From Ascidiella aspersa (Eukaryota): a stretch of DNA of 64,000 nt. Every line of letters starts with the position of its first letter. Position 1 is the first letter of the stretch. Of the stretch, positions 40,130 to 53,245 are shown piece by piece. The stretch lies in the NCBI GenBank assembly GCA_963924565.1, contig OZ004612.1:16802001-16866000 (forward strand), in the 5' to 3' direction. A model generated the notes under the pieces. The model was given only the letters and a program-made list of their open reading frames with translations, had not been told where the DNA came from and did not search any database. A program made the position numbers and the translations under genes.

Positions 40130-40524
40130 GCAAACTGCGGCTCGCTGGAACGTTTTTTGTGGCTCTTCTAGTCGAATCGTAAAAATCCTAAAAAATTGTA
40201 AAAGCTGCCAAGAGTACCGTTTATGAACGTTTCTCTCTTTTTGTTTTCTTTATTTAGGCCAGAATGTCGTTTATGACGTAACACTAGACATGGAATCCGA
40301 AGAGTTAGTTAACAAAAGACTGATATTGATAAATATTGTGCGTGTTATTTTGTTATTACCGTTGTTATTATTGTGTTAATTATTACCGTTTTGTTATATT
40401 ACAATTCTGTTATTATTGCTGAACTTGCATTATTTACCGTTTTGTATTGAAATAATTTTGTGGCTCTCTGTTACTTGTATTTTTTGCTAATGGCTCTTCC
40501 ATTTAATACATTTGCCCACCCCTG
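40130..40524. mobile_element. hAT MITE missing its first bases
   Basis: Begins gcaaactgcggctcg and ends TTTGCCCACCCCTG; ggctct subterminal motifs as in the 53985 element. Confidence 0.7.
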
Positions 40525-40578
40525 GCCTATAACATATATTGTAAATTGTATGACCAACAGCAACACCATTAACGTTAC

Positions 40579-40723
40579 CAATGTCTTGATCAATTTCATC
40601 GTGGATTCGTTTTTGAATGTCGGGATATTTGATTAGGTAAACTAGCGTCCATCTGATAGTGCTAGATGTGGTCTCAGTACCGGCAGACAAAAGATCTTTC
40701 AGGTAAACCACCAATTGTTCTTT
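40579..40723 (-). CDS. CYP2: CYP2-clan P450 coding exon 7 (I helix)
   Basis: KEQLVVYLKDLLSAGTETTSSTIRW..YPDIQKRIHDEID; ttacag / gtaacg. Confidence 0.95.
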
Positions 40724-41450
40724 CTGTAACGAAACTTTTTTAGTTCTGCTTTAATGTTCGTAATAAACGGTTGAGTTATGCACTACCTTTGCTATCAACA
40801 CAAAATCATTTTTCATAGAGGAATAGAAAGTAATAGCAAAACCGATGTTTAGCATGGAAATCAATGAACAAAATATGATTCAATTGGAGTGATAACACTA
40901 AGCAAATATTATTTTTAGCCACAGAATATAAAAGCCGTTCTAAAATATTTTAGCTTAGATAATCACTAAATGCAGTTAGTTATTTCAAACTGGCTGTCAA
41001 TTGCATTTCAAGGGCTTTGGATGGCTTTAAGTTTGCCATTAGCAAACCAAACAGGAATAAATAACATCTTCATACATGTAGCACAAAAATTTATACAAAC
41101 TTAAACGTTTAGCGATCCCCAGCAGGGTCGAGACCCCCCCCTACCCCCCCGGTTTGACAAACCCGAAACCCTGGTTTAGAGTCTTGATGAAACCATGAAA
41201 CCATTAGCCCGGGCCCTAAACTAACGTCGACGCGTTGCCAAGGTTTCTGGAATGCGATAAAACGTCAATAGAAAATGCAATTTTTAGCACATTTTATACA
41301 TAGAAGTTAGAAAACTTTTGTGTTTCTTTTTGTGTTAAAATATCCTAAAACGAAACTTACACTTTCAGTAAAAAACATCGTGTTGCCCTGTGTAATTAAT
41401 TCAAGTAAACAAATTAAAATGAATAAAACAAGAGAGGTATAGTCACTTAC

Positions 41451-41566
41451 TTTTTCGAAAGATGGCGTATTTTTGCGATGGTCAATAAGAAAGCTGTCAA
41501 CCATGCTGTTTGGATGATTGGGATCTAACTCTTTCTCATGATAGGTAATAATGTCGTTCATTAAAT
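41451..41566 (-). CDS. CYP2: CYP2-clan P450 coding exon 6
   Basis: DLMNDIITYHEKELDPNHPNSMVDSFLIDHRKNTPSFEK; tgtcag / gtaagt. Confidence 0.92.
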
Positions 41567-42236
41567 CTGACAAATGATGGTTAAATGTTTTAACACTGGA
41601 ATCCACAGGTATTCTAGAATAGTAGGTTTTAAATGTATTTTTATTAATTAACTTATTTATTTACTATTTTTTTGGTCGAAAAAAGTAATTATTGTACTCT
41701 TTGGTGACAGTATAACAAATAGGCTACTCGCAAAATCAATCTGCTAACAAGTATATTGTCAAACAAAATAACCTTAAAATGGTCAAAATTTTAAACAGCG
41801 TTTGTTTGAAGCCACGTTGCAGAATGTTAATAAATACATATATAACAAAGTTAACAAAGCATATCAAGAATACCAGGAGGTTACCTAAAGACGCTTTAAC
41901 GATGAAGTCGATGATACCTAATCAGTACTATAGTATATTTAATTCATATTTCGAGGTTCAAATTACCCGATATAAACGGCAAACTTGTAATACAATGGAT
42001 CTGATATTATACGCGCCTAAGCGTTTCTTTTTGTCTAACCCAAACCCTGCCCTTACTACATCTCTAAACTCCAATTAACCCAGTATTATTTACCTAAATC
42101 TCTATGTAGGCCTACTGCTATAAATGAAACAAAAGTTGCAAAGCGAGACATGCTGTGAGAATTGATATTTAACGTTATATAAATCGAACACATACGCTAT
42201 GTTAATGTCATTAGAACTATAGACAAAACCATTTAC

Positions 42237-42352
42237 CATTTCCAAAATCAATCCCATCGTCCATTCTCTGAAAGATTTGTCGAAAATAGGGCACAAATCG
42301 AATCCAAGGTGCGACCGTCAGAAGCATGTAAACAAATCCGTCTCGTCGAAAA
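42237..42352 (-). CDS. CYP2: CYP2-clan P450 coding exon 5
   Basis: FRRDGFVYMLLTVAPWIRFVPYFRQIFQRMDDGIDFGN; phase 2 to 1, consistent with neighbouring exons. Confidence 0.88.
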
Positions 42353-42559
42353 CTGATTTGCACAAAACATAATTCAAACAAACCATCTAGTTAACGAAAA
42401 TATTTATAAGTGTTAGCTATATACTTCTAACTTCTAAGCACATTTAGCCGTTGGGCACCACCTGGAACAGCGTAATAGCCTTGACGAAAATATTTAGCTT
42501 CAAACAAAAATATAGATCATTTCAGCATTAAACACCAACTTTACAATTAAGTAATCTAC

Positions 42560-42672
42560 CCTTGTATAACCAAAGATACGTATTGCCTCAGCCGGTCGTT
42601 GCCGTCGTCTGTACATCGACGCAGTAGTGTAATGCAGTTTATTACGTTAGACACCGTTTCCGTCAAATTGCC
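42560..42672 (-). CDS. CYP2: CYP2-clan P450 coding exon 4
   Basis: GNLTETVSNVINCITLLRRCTDDGNDRLRQYVSLVIQG; ttatag / gtagat. Confidence 0.88.
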
Positions 42673-43074
42673 CTATAAAAATAAACACAGCACTAAAGAA
42701 CATTCACGAAAAAAGGTTGTCGTACGTCGTACAAACGTGGGACTCTTTAACCACCATTTAAAAAAAATAAAAAAAAATTCATCGAACGATTGAGGTTTAT
42801 ACCGAGTTTCTTAACCCGTTTTCGTCCAGGAACACCGTTCGTTTTCCGATAACCCTGCAACCACCAGCACAAAGAAGTGAAATACATAGCCTAATCTCAG
42901 AGCTGAGAAGCCCTATTCAAGGAATCATTGACGAGTATACTGTATACAATTTTCATGTTAACCTCTGAGGTTTATATTATGTTGCCTTTCATTCGCGTTT
43001 GACGATAGTAGCGATGCAACAATCAGTTTTCATTCATACTTTATTTTGAAGTGAGTATCCCAGTCACCCTAAAG

Positions 43075-44277
43075 CAGGGGTTCCCAACCTGTGGTACGCG
43101 TACTACTAGTGGTGAAGGTTTTTCAGGTGGTACGCGAGAAGCTTACGTTTTTTCACAAAAACCTGGATTCACAACTTTTTATTTTGTTGATCTGTTTTTT
43201 TACAAAAAGAATTCCCTAAAGCCTATTCATTGTTACGTAACTATCCCTGTTGTTTCGTACCATTACGATCTTCAAAAGACAGGTCATATTAATTGTCGAC
43301 AAGAAGCACAGTTGCTTTCCATAGCGTACAACGCTGTTGAACAGTGGGCGTTAATTATATGTTAAACGATTGCTCTTGATAGATATCATCTACTGATTTA
43401 TAGCTTAATTTACAAATAGCATTGAATAATGTTAGTTGTAAGGTAAAATTAGGCAAAAATATGATTCGATCAAAATAGTTGTTCTACAACAGTGGTTCTT
43501 AACCGGGGGCGCCAAGCAAATCTTAAGGGGGCGCAAGCTCTATTCCAATATTTAACTTTTTATAATGTTTTATCAGTTCCATGTTGCTTTAGTTACTAAA
43601 TCTGCGTGTATGCTGTTTTATGCGTAACATCAAAATTGCACATGTTTAGAAAAGTAACTGAAGAAACACGATCATAATTTGGCGATTTGCGAACTTTGGG
43701 GCTGTGTTTATTCAGAAAAGTATGACATGGTTGAAGAAGATCTAAGTTGTGCAGCATGCCACCCTCTCCACAAACTGTGCTTTGCCAATTTTAACAACAA
43801 AACTGAAAAATAATTTGCGCTTTGCGCAAACTACGAACAACTTTTTGCGCATCACTAATTGGGGGAAACTCCGACTTTATTGCGCCAATTTGTAATGTTA
43901 TTTGCAGTATATAGCCTTTGCATTGTGTACCATCACCCCTTTTAAAACACGATTAACGCGATGTTTCAATTTTTACAACATGTTTTTTAAATTAGCTCGA
44001 TGAAAACCAATATATCGAGCACGAGCAGCTTTTGTGTGTCTCGAAAATTAAGGTTTAGCCAATACAAAGCAAATAAAGCAATTTCTTTCGCGCTTCACAC
44101 CACAAATTTCCTATATTATTGTTGTTTAATATCTAAGTTGGCGCGAGGCACAGAACAATTGCCAAAGAGGGGCGCGGTAGAAAAAAGGTGAAGAACCACT
44201 GTTATACAAGAAGTGGTACGCGTGGCGTTAGAAAACGTCCAAGTGGTACGGGATTGAAAAAAGGTTGGAAACCCCTG
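43075..44277. mobile_element. hAT MITE in CYP intron, hosting a nested element
   Basis: TIRs CAGGGGTTCCCAACCT / AGGTTGGAAACCCCTG; perfect TSD ccctaaag. Confidence 0.92.
43490..44201. mobile_element. Nested hAT MITE
   Basis: TIRs CAGTGGTTCTTAACC / GGTGAAGAACCACTG; TSD ttctacaa/ttatacaa. Confidence 0.88.
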
Positions 44278-45339
44278 CCCTAAAGCCTAAACTGAGGTTT
44301 AAGTTTCCCCATTTCTGTATGTAAAAGTTACAATTTTATAAACATTGCGGATATTTGTTGTATGACATAACGTTGTACGTTAGCTTCGTTTACAAAAAAA
44401 CTTTCGTCAACCATTGTGTTCAAAACCGAAATTCTTTCCTTACGAAATTACATTATTGAATAAAGAGAAGTGATTATGTGGTGCAATTTGTTATTGGTTT
44501 CCTTTTGTTTAATTTCCTTCGCTTTGTTTTTGCTTTACTGCACTTCGTTTTCTTGTTGTATTTCGTTTTTTGCCGTTACAAATTTACGTTTTCACTAGTA
44601 ATCATTCATTGTTTTACACTTTTGTTTTAGCCCTGAATGAACATTCCTTTGGTTTAGCACGAGGGCAGTCTTGTTTTAGTTGTGTATTAATCTAAATTAA
44701 TCTAAGCGCTAAAAATTGCTTTTATTTGGCCTAAATTGACAAAACCTTGGAGAAATGCAAATATATAGTGACATTGTTCAAAATCTTTGCGTTTATCAAG
44801 CTGATTTGATGAGTTGTTGTGAGGGCCATTGTGGTTCAACAGTTGTAAGCTTGTGAAACCACCTAAACCAATCACGAGAAGCGAGAAAACAATGGCCATA
44901 TGGCTAAAACAATAATATGTTGCGCAAACGCCGAAAAAAGTCACATAGAAAAGAAAAAATACTTTGTGTAGGATAACTTTTATCGTTTATCTGAGTTAAA
45001 AAATTTTAATTTGAGTAGGACCGTTATACGTTTGGAGATATGTTGTATTTTTAGAAGACATAAAACGTGTCATGCCATAATAAACGGTGACTTTAAGCAA
45101 AAACAAATGACTTTAAAACAGGATAAAACAAAGTAAAAAAAAGATTAGCAAAAAACGCTTGAAACATTCTGCAGTTACACTCTTTTAGTTGGCAGAAAAT
45201 ATAGTTTGTTCTTACTAAGCTTACATAGGTTGTTTTTATTTTAAGGGTTTGGCCTTTAAAATTGCTATACAAAAAACGAAATATTATTGTGGAGCTGGCT
45301 TCCCCAAGTGAAAACGGGGAGTTTCTAGATGTGAAGGAG

Positions 45340-45500
45340 GAAATGTGCACACACTCTGAAAAACGTGAGCACATTTTTTTCAAATGCACTGGTAAGACAT
45401 TTAGGAAATAAAATGTGCGCATAGTTTGCGACAGCGCGCACATTTTAAAATAGATAATTAATGTGGGTATAATTCAATGTAGGCATTGTGCGCACATAGG
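45340..45500. repeat. Decayed copy of the GTGCGCAC satellite element
   Basis: aaatgtgcacac, gtgagcacatttt, aaatgtgcgc and tgtgcgcacat motifs. Confidence 0.5.
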
Positions 45501-46265
45501 TGTTGGTACTAATGGTAGGACTTGGACTAAGTTTCCAGGTAATTAATCAAAATCTGGATATAACCAAGTCTTTATATCTCTAACTATAACCTGGTATTAT
45601 TCACCTTGTTTTGGATTTGGATATTTTGTTATATGTTAAATCATTCGGAACAAGTAAACGTTTCGTGTAATTGGAAAATGAGTAAACGCTTACAGTTTCT
45701 GAAAGTATCAAATGTTATTTAATTTGTTCTTAATACATACAGTTGGACGTGCTAAGTGAAATATTTTTACGTGTGCCTTAAAACTTTTTGTAATTTTGAA
45801 AAATAACCTATTTGTATTACAAATAGGCATGTAGGAAAGAAGGTATCACAATTAAAGAGTTTTTTCGCTTTAAAGAAAACATCAGTCGGATTTTCTCAAT
45901 TTAAAAAGTATGTCCCACAAATTTGTATATTTAGTTCGCCTTTCGGTGAAAGAAAAAATAAATGAGAAAACATTACTTCGGAATGCAATGTTATATGGAA
46001 AAGAGAAAATCATGAAAGGAAACAGACTATGTATAATTGTATATAGACTGACTGGCGCATGCACGAAAAAAAGGTCGGTAAAAAAATAAAAAAAAACAAT
46101 TCAAAAGTATAGGCTACCGTCCGAACTAACAGATCATGTAATTGTAAAGCACCTTTTACAGTTGCATATATTTTATTATTAGTTTATGTTTTGCATATAT
46201 TTTCGCCTATTAAATTTATACCGTGATTATTTAGTTCAGCAACAACAATGGACGTAACATAATAC

Positions 46266-46368
46266 CTCCAACACAAATGGTTTCCCTTGTTTCGATCGGA
46301 TGATATCGCATAGCAATTCTACTTCATCTAAGATTCTTTCTTCTAGATTTTTGCCTTGCAGTCCAGCT
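46266..46368 (-). CDS. CYP2: CYP2-clan P450 coding exon 3
   Basis: AGLQGKNLEERILDEVELLCDIIRSKQGKPFVLE; tcttag / gtatta. Confidence 0.92.
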
Positions 46369-48835
46369 CTAAGAAACAAAAACAGCGGTTAGGATACAGC
46401 CGTTTAAATCTAAAAGTTTGTAATTAGTTGCAGCCAGTAAATTCGTATTTGGCTGACCACACTTCACAAGCATATCGGTTGCGCAATGATTCTTTGAACA
46501 GGGTGATATACATTTTTTGTCGATGTGTATAATGTAACTCAGGAAGTTTGAATAAGAAATAAGATTCTTTGTCTCTAACTTACCCCTGCACGGTTTAACT
46601 GCCACTCATACTCCCACTTAAACCTTTACAACAAGAGTGGTTTCACAAGCCAATATGTTGTTAGCATTTAATAGCTTCATAACAGAAATCGAAGGTAAGA
46701 GTAGACACTCGACCCCTTTCTAACACGTGTAATGACGTCAGCAATATGGAACTTTAACGAATATATAAAAAAAAAATTGAAAAGCTGTTTTACCAACCCT
46801 GTTTCGTCTGTAAATACCTTTAGAAGCAGGCAAAGCTTAAATTTAATAGTCGAAAACATACAAATAACTTACAAATAACTTCTTTTTTGATAAAACAAAT
46901 ACTATATTCGAAACGGATATAAACATTTTGTAAATTATTGTCTTTATAAACAAAGTATATCAAAATAAAAAAACGTTTAACTTATTTAATGTCGTTCAAA
47001 CGTTTGTGTTTTAGTTTAATGTATAGAATAGACTTAACACAATTCCGCGCAATTTCTCAACAGAACCCATTAGTGTCCATATATAGTGCCCCATAAAAAG
47101 CCACAGACAGCGGCAGAAAAGTTCATGCTGTTTTTGTATTCTTACTTGGGATGTAGCTTGGAACATGCCTTTTACTCGCAACTGCTGGAGGTCCATAGAG
47201 TTATTTTAATAAGGCTGCACGCCCACGGGAATTTGCTGTTAAAGAACAACTCGTTACGCGTTGTTTACCTTGTTTTGAGAAAATTTTATCAAATAAATCC
47301 ATCGGGATGAGAACCAAACTTTTTATTGTTTTAAAATGCAATGTGTAGGTACCTTGTTCTTATCAGCTAGCCAAAAAATTATATTTACATTTGTTTTAAT
47401 TATTGCAATACTATCATTTATTTTTTCGTTCCTACTTTAATCCGACCTTTGACCATATTTTTTGTTTCTCACACAACTCCGAAAATTTGTTCCACATCCC
47501 TGATATGGCAAATTCAGTATTTTAGCGAAGAGCAAGAGAAATGTTAGGTCAAAATTTTCGAGTTCCGCAATTGTTGTTAGCCATATCTCTACTCTATAGT
47601 TTTATCCAAACTAACCCCAAATATATTAAAATATACATATACATAACAACCAGACTAAACCAAAATAAATGATACACGTTATCCTAATCATAATGTGAAT
47701 TGTGCAAGTGATACTAAGTAAAAAACATAATTCGGACAATGTCCTAAGTTATCGCATCTTAAAATAATTTAAGTCCGACTCCGTCCAAGAAAAATAAAGT
47801 CCAGACCATCTCCGAAAATGGACTTGAGATCATCAGTATATAGGTATCTATGTAAGTAAGGTATAAATATATATAACATAAATGACCTAGGGCGGATACG
47901 GCAATCCACTCATAGGCGTGCCGTATAACTCAACGACAACAATTACGCGCGTAGGAAATATTCCTTTTAGGTTTTTGCTACTGTCCAAACACACAACGGG
48001 TTGTTGCCATATCAAAAACGACTTGCCAGCTCTGACGCCGACTCCGCAGGCCTAGTTTGCCTTTTCTGAATTATAGTCATATACAAACAAATACCACAGT
48101 GAGTCCTTCGAGAAGTACGCAAACTATTTTCCAAAAACTTTCGAGTGTCGTTAAAAACCCTTTGTCGAATATATTCCAAATTCAGAAATTCTTAAACTTT
48201 TTTACTTGCGGCGCACTACAAAAACACATTCGCGCCATACAACATGCTTGCCTACATGTTAATTTCTAATACGAATAGGTTGTTTTCCAAAGTTCCGAAA
48301 GTTCTGCACAACACTTAATAAAAATCTCTTGATGCAACCAGGAACCCTTTGTTCCGTGACACATATACTTAAAAAACACTTGCGTAGAGTCTAGAGCAGT
48401 GTTTCGCCCCTTTTGTTGGCTTGCGGCACGCAACAGAAAATATAATGAGTGAACAGCACATTGACTGTGCAACAAAGTTGATATTTTTTTTTCATTATTG
48501 GCACTTTTATCGTATTAAGAAGCTTACCAATACAGCAAAAATTGGAATCCTTAAAAATTTTAAATATCTTTCGGCACCCTAGACTCTAGAGCAGGGGTCG
48601 GCAACCCCTGGCACGCGTGCCACTTTTGGCACGCGAGATGATTTTCAGGGCACGCCAAATGATTTAACGCGCACGTAAATATCATTTTAATAAGAAAGTT
48701 TAACCAATCACATTATTAACATTATTGTAACACAGCGCTAGCTAAATGGTTGCACACATTTCCAGTTCGTGGCCCGATTAGTGTCTTAACTGTTGTATTT
48801 AACGTTATTTTTTGTTAGCGTTAAAATTGTTGTTT

Positions 48836-49141
48836 CCCGAGTCCGACTCTGGTCAAATGTGCAATTTCGTCGATTCTCGAGTCCAGGTCTGACTACAGCC
48901 TGTATTCCGCTAATTTACGTAACCAAAATAACGTGGATATTCAGCAATCTACTTAGGGATGTTATATAATTCACTCACAGAACATGGTTGGAAAATGTTC
49001 CACAGTATGCTATTCCTTTACAATTTCCAGTTGGCGGCCATATCAGTTTTTAAATTTGGTACTGCGCATGCGCATGTCGGACTCGGGACTCGGGTAGTTT
49101 AACGTGGTCTTACTCGAGTCCCGAGTCTCAAGACCGACTCT
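48836..49141 (-). mobile_element. GGACTCG-repeat MITE copy, reverse orientation, ends eroded
   Basis: Reverse complement of the 27580-27948 interior (ggcggccatatcag, aaatttggtactgcgcatgcgca, gtcttactcgagtcccgagt). Confidence 0.85.
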
Positions 49142-49316
49142 GCTTCTAAGTATCGGCTGAAAAGCGTCGAAGTATAATTCCAAGTAACCGGCACAGTATT
49201 GTGTGTTAGTTAAAGTTCGTTTTTCAGCAGGGTTATGGTATCTTTACAGAATTTATCTGATGAATTTAGGTTTAATAGCGTCTCCCAAGATACGTAAATT
49301 AGATGTCAGATCACAG

Positions 49317-49648
49317 CAGGGCTGCGGAGTCGTACTCGGGACTCGAGTAAGACTAGAAAAACTACCCGAGTCCGACGTGTGCTCATGCGCAGTACCAAAT
49401 TTCGAAACTAATAAGGAAGCAAACTGTGAATTGTAAAGGTGGAATAGCATATGATGGCATATATTCCATGACCCTTATTGGTGGATTGCTGAATATCCAT
49501 CTTATTTTATTTACGTAAATCGGTGAAATACAAGCTGTGGAGTCTGAGCCGGACTCGGGACTCGATGAAATTGCACATTTGGCCGAAGTCGACTCGGAAG
49601 TTTTAATCGGGTCCAATTTTTGCCCGGAGTCGGACTTGGGCTGCCCTG
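49317..49648 (+). mobile_element. GGACTCG-repeat MITE copy, forward orientation
   Basis: CAGGGCTGCGGAGTC ... GCTGCCCTG; degenerate TSD gatcacag/gttgacag. Confidence 0.85.
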
Positions 49649-49893
49649 GTTGACAGTTTAAAACCAAACATATAAAAATGTTTGGCACGCGAGTTGTAGA
49701 TATTTTGACATTATTCATAAACCGGCACACTGCGTACGAAAGGTTGCCGACCCTGCTCTAAAGTGCCGCGGCACCCCGGTTGAGAACCACTGGAAATATA
49801 GTTAGTAACTTACTGTTACAAAAGTGAGTTCTGAATAGTGGAATAAATATTATTTTTTTATTATTTAACAAAAACCTATACAAAGTAACCTAC

Positions 49894-50042
49894 CCAGATA
49901 GTGCTTTCAGTCCGAATCGCCTTTGTACTTTCCACGTTTCCTGGTGGTTTTGAAACATTATTCCGCGGCCACCGGCCGTCGCAAAATCAGTGAAAAAGGT
50001 TTGGTATCTGCCGTTAAACTCCGCACTCTTCTTTACAAATGC
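49894..50042 (-). CDS. CYP2: CYP2-clan P450 coding exon 2 (WxxxR)
   Basis: AFVKKSAEFNGR..GIMFQNHQETWKVQRRFGLKALSG; ttccag / gtaggt. Confidence 0.94.
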
Positions 50043-50690
50043 CTGGAACATTATTTTAAAATCTATATTTAATATTGCTATGCATGTAATATATAAAGTG
50101 TCTGCTTAAAGTCATACAATTCAAAGATGCAACATAAAACTTTCTTAGTATTCTGATAAATTGGTAAACATCACTTTGAAATGTTTCCAAGTCAAGTCCC
50201 ACTCAAGGAAATTTCAATACACACAAGTTAAATCACTGCCGAAGTTATTGCTTTTGCAACCCAAGTTATTTACTTTAAATTAAAATAGCCTACATATTTA
50301 TACTATTCGAAATACTAAATTATTAGCTTCATCTCGCAAAAAAGCGAAAACCAATCCTACAGTATTTGTTTTGCATGTAAATCAAAACGAAAATTCATTT
50401 AAAAGTGTCTACTTTGTGTAACGAAGCAGGGCCACCAAAAAAAAAAAAAACGGTTATCCAGTTAAGCACCCAAAAAACAAAAACAGAATAGAGAAAGTAA
50501 TTAGGTTACCAAACTTAAGGGAAGGGCACAAGTATAATATGTTAAAGTAAATTGTGCAAATATTCACCACTTTCCTTATACCTTAGTACACAACCACGTT
50601 GGGCGCTGTTTAATGTTAGTTTTGTTTCTTAAGGCACCTGAGGCTAAGGCCTAAAGCTTTAGTTCTGCAACCAAGCGGTTGCCTATTTAC

Positions 50691-50966
50691 CTGTTCAATT
50701 GCTTCGTAGGTATTCAACACAACTGTGTCATCTCGACCAAGTTTTAGAAATATTACTGGCCCATACTTTTCGCCCCATTTGCTGAAAACTCTTTCTGGGT
50801 GGCTACCCAAATAAAGAAGACTTCCTAATAGTGGCAAATTGAAGGGCCCAGGTGGCAAATTTGGAGGCCTTGAAAACAGCATATGGTGTACAGTAAAGCA
50901 AATGACGAGCGCAAAAAGCACATACCAAAAATTTAATTGTGTAATAAACGAGAACATAACTGACAT
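50691..50966 (-). CDS. CYP2: CYP2-clan P450 coding exon 1 (membrane anchor, PPGP hinge)
   Basis: MSVMFSFITQLNFWYVLFALVICF..PPNLPPGPFNLPLLGSL..KYGPV..VVLNTYEAIEQ. The nine exons join in frame to about 495 aa. Confidence 0.94.
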
Positions 50967-53143
50967 ATTCCTTATTAACGCTAATAACATAGGAAAAAAG
51001 AATAATTATTTAAAGAGAAAAATAGCTTAAATTGAAAACGATATGTTTAATTTGCTTAAAATATAAAAACTGAAAAACAACATTAACAATTTTCGGATAA
51101 ATTACTAGATATATCTGATACTGGACGTTTTATTCGGATACCGATCGCCGATATTCTGGTGTAAACATCCAGCGATCCGATACCAAATAAAAGAATATAT
51201 GCTCAAATAAGCATATTTGGAATTCTTCCATGGTGAGTTTTTTAGCAGGTTTGCCCGATGGCACGCTGAAGATTGTTATATTTAATTATGGGTTAACCTT
51301 TTTTTTATAAAAAAAACTGGGTGCATTCAGTGTGTAATGAAGTCAGAACATGGTTCCCTTGAAATTCCTTTTTTTGCTAACTGACTTAGACACAGTTATT
51401 TTTTTTACTATGTTTTATCTCAGTTTGAGAAAACTTTTTCGTACCAAAGATGCCGTATATATCACGACTTGTTTTTCTGTCAACTTAAACTGGATAGATG
51501 ACGAAAATTACTCCAAACTCAGGCTTTATCCACAAAATACAATTCTTGCAAAAGTTAATCCATTTTTACCCGTTTACGCGAATCTACACGTCATTTAGTC
51601 ATTGTATCGTAAGTACAGCCTCGAAAAGTTTTGTAACATGACAAACGCCTTTTGCGCTACGTAACTTTTTATGTAGTTTCTGTGCGGCTTTGAGCCGATC
51701 GGTAGGGGTTGGGCGACTATTTGTTGACTTTACACGTTGGGTCAAAAATTTTTTTTTTTAAGTTGAAGTCAAAATTTTACGAAACTAATAAACAATGTAA
51801 TGGTCATTTTAGTTTAAAATGTAAATAAAATGTAGTTTGAATTCCAACAACATTTCAACTGTATTATCTTCTTTCGGGCAACATAGGTTGCGCGGGCCGG
51901 TAGTAATAACTAAGGAGGTCTGGTTTATCGCGTTAGTTTCAGCTCAAACTATATGTATTTGCTTCAGAGAGCTGGGTATCCCTAACTTGGACAAATGTAT
52001 TAAACAGTATTTGATGTGACTTTTTTGGTGGTAATTTGCAGTTATTTCATTTTTTATTTAGATAATATGCTAGGCGTTTTTTTATCATTTTTACTCTGCA
52101 TTCCAATTGTTTACGCGACAGTTTTCTAAAATAACCAACGTTTTATGGTATTTCTTTAGCTGTTTGTCTGTTTGATATGCAAAGAATAACAACGGGGGAT
52201 TTTAAGAGTTTTGCATGTACCCGAAAAAGCAACTGTTTAAGTTCCACCCAAGTCCGCAAAACACCATAACAAGTGACTGATGAGGCCAGAACACTATTGC
52301 ACTACTTCATACAACAATGAGTTGTTTAAATCATATTCCTAATATGTTAAAATTTTGTCAAAAAATATTTTGAGGTCAAATTTTGTTTTTTATGTTAAAA
52401 CTTCACATTGTTTGTGTCAAAAATGATCGGCCTCCTTAACCATCAAAATCTGATTCCAAAAATTGCTTAATACAGCATTACACTACAATGTGCAATTTTA
52501 TGTTTCAAATGCGCCAAATCTGTTTTCACAGTAAAAGCTTTCAAAATTTATACCAACCAAACGTTTTTTCCGCGCATTGCGAGTAGACTTCTGAGTTTAT
52601 AGTCTATTAGGTTTGCAGCAGGCAATCTTGGACCACGACCAGTCGACTACCCTGGTGTAAATAAAGCCGACATATTAGATACAAAGCGGCCTATAAAAAT
52701 ACGTTACTACATATTCCACACCAAGTCCCCTAAAAAACTGTCGAATTGTTTGAAACTGCAACATGTATTTACTACTTAGAACCCCCTGCTGTTAGTCATA
52801 CAACAACAAATAAATTTGCTGTTTGTTCACAACTGCGAGACATAGCAAGTCGCTAAGTTCGAAATACAATCCCTTTGTGTGACAAGATAGCCTACTCCTA
52901 CTGTATGAGGTGGCTATTGCACTTGGTTATGATAAATTAGTCACTCCTTTTAAAAAGTCGCACAATAATGCAGTACTTAATTGGCATTTAATAACTCAAT
53001 ACCCCATATCAATAATTTAACACTGTGTTCGCATTAACATCCAAAACTTATAAATCAATACTTATAAACTTGACAACAAACAACATAACGCAACATATAA
53101 CTAAACTTTGCTTTTGCGCTAGGCAAGTTTCCAGCTGACTTAC

Positions 53144-53245
53144 CTTAAAAAAACAGACTTTCAGCTCTAGGAAAGTTTACCGAACCAACCAACCGTGAAG
53201 ACAGATTAGCTGCCTTCCCGTTACGAGAAAAAATCAGACGAGAAT
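53144..53245 (-). other. Candidate non-coding first exon of the CYP gene
   Basis: Consensus donor AAG|gtaagt at 53144/53143; an acceptor (tttttcctatgttattag) precedes the CYP ATG at 50980; the 5' boundary is a guess. Confidence 0.4.

Larger units (their letters stand above)
48592..49755. mobile_element. hAT MITE nested in the above and hosting two GGACTCG elements
   Basis: TIRs CAGGGGTCGGCAACC / GGTTGCCGACCCTG; TSD ctctagag/ctctaaag. Confidence 0.85.
48397..49792. mobile_element. Old hAT MITE, outer host of a nest
   Basis: cagtgtttc..gcggcac left end; gcggcaccccggttgagaaccactg right end; TSD not preserved. Confidence 0.6.

Noticed and set aside
52277-52330. Minimal hammerhead ribozyme (CTGATGA-GGCC)
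   Set aside because: No GAAA core follows, and no convincing stem I/III pairing.
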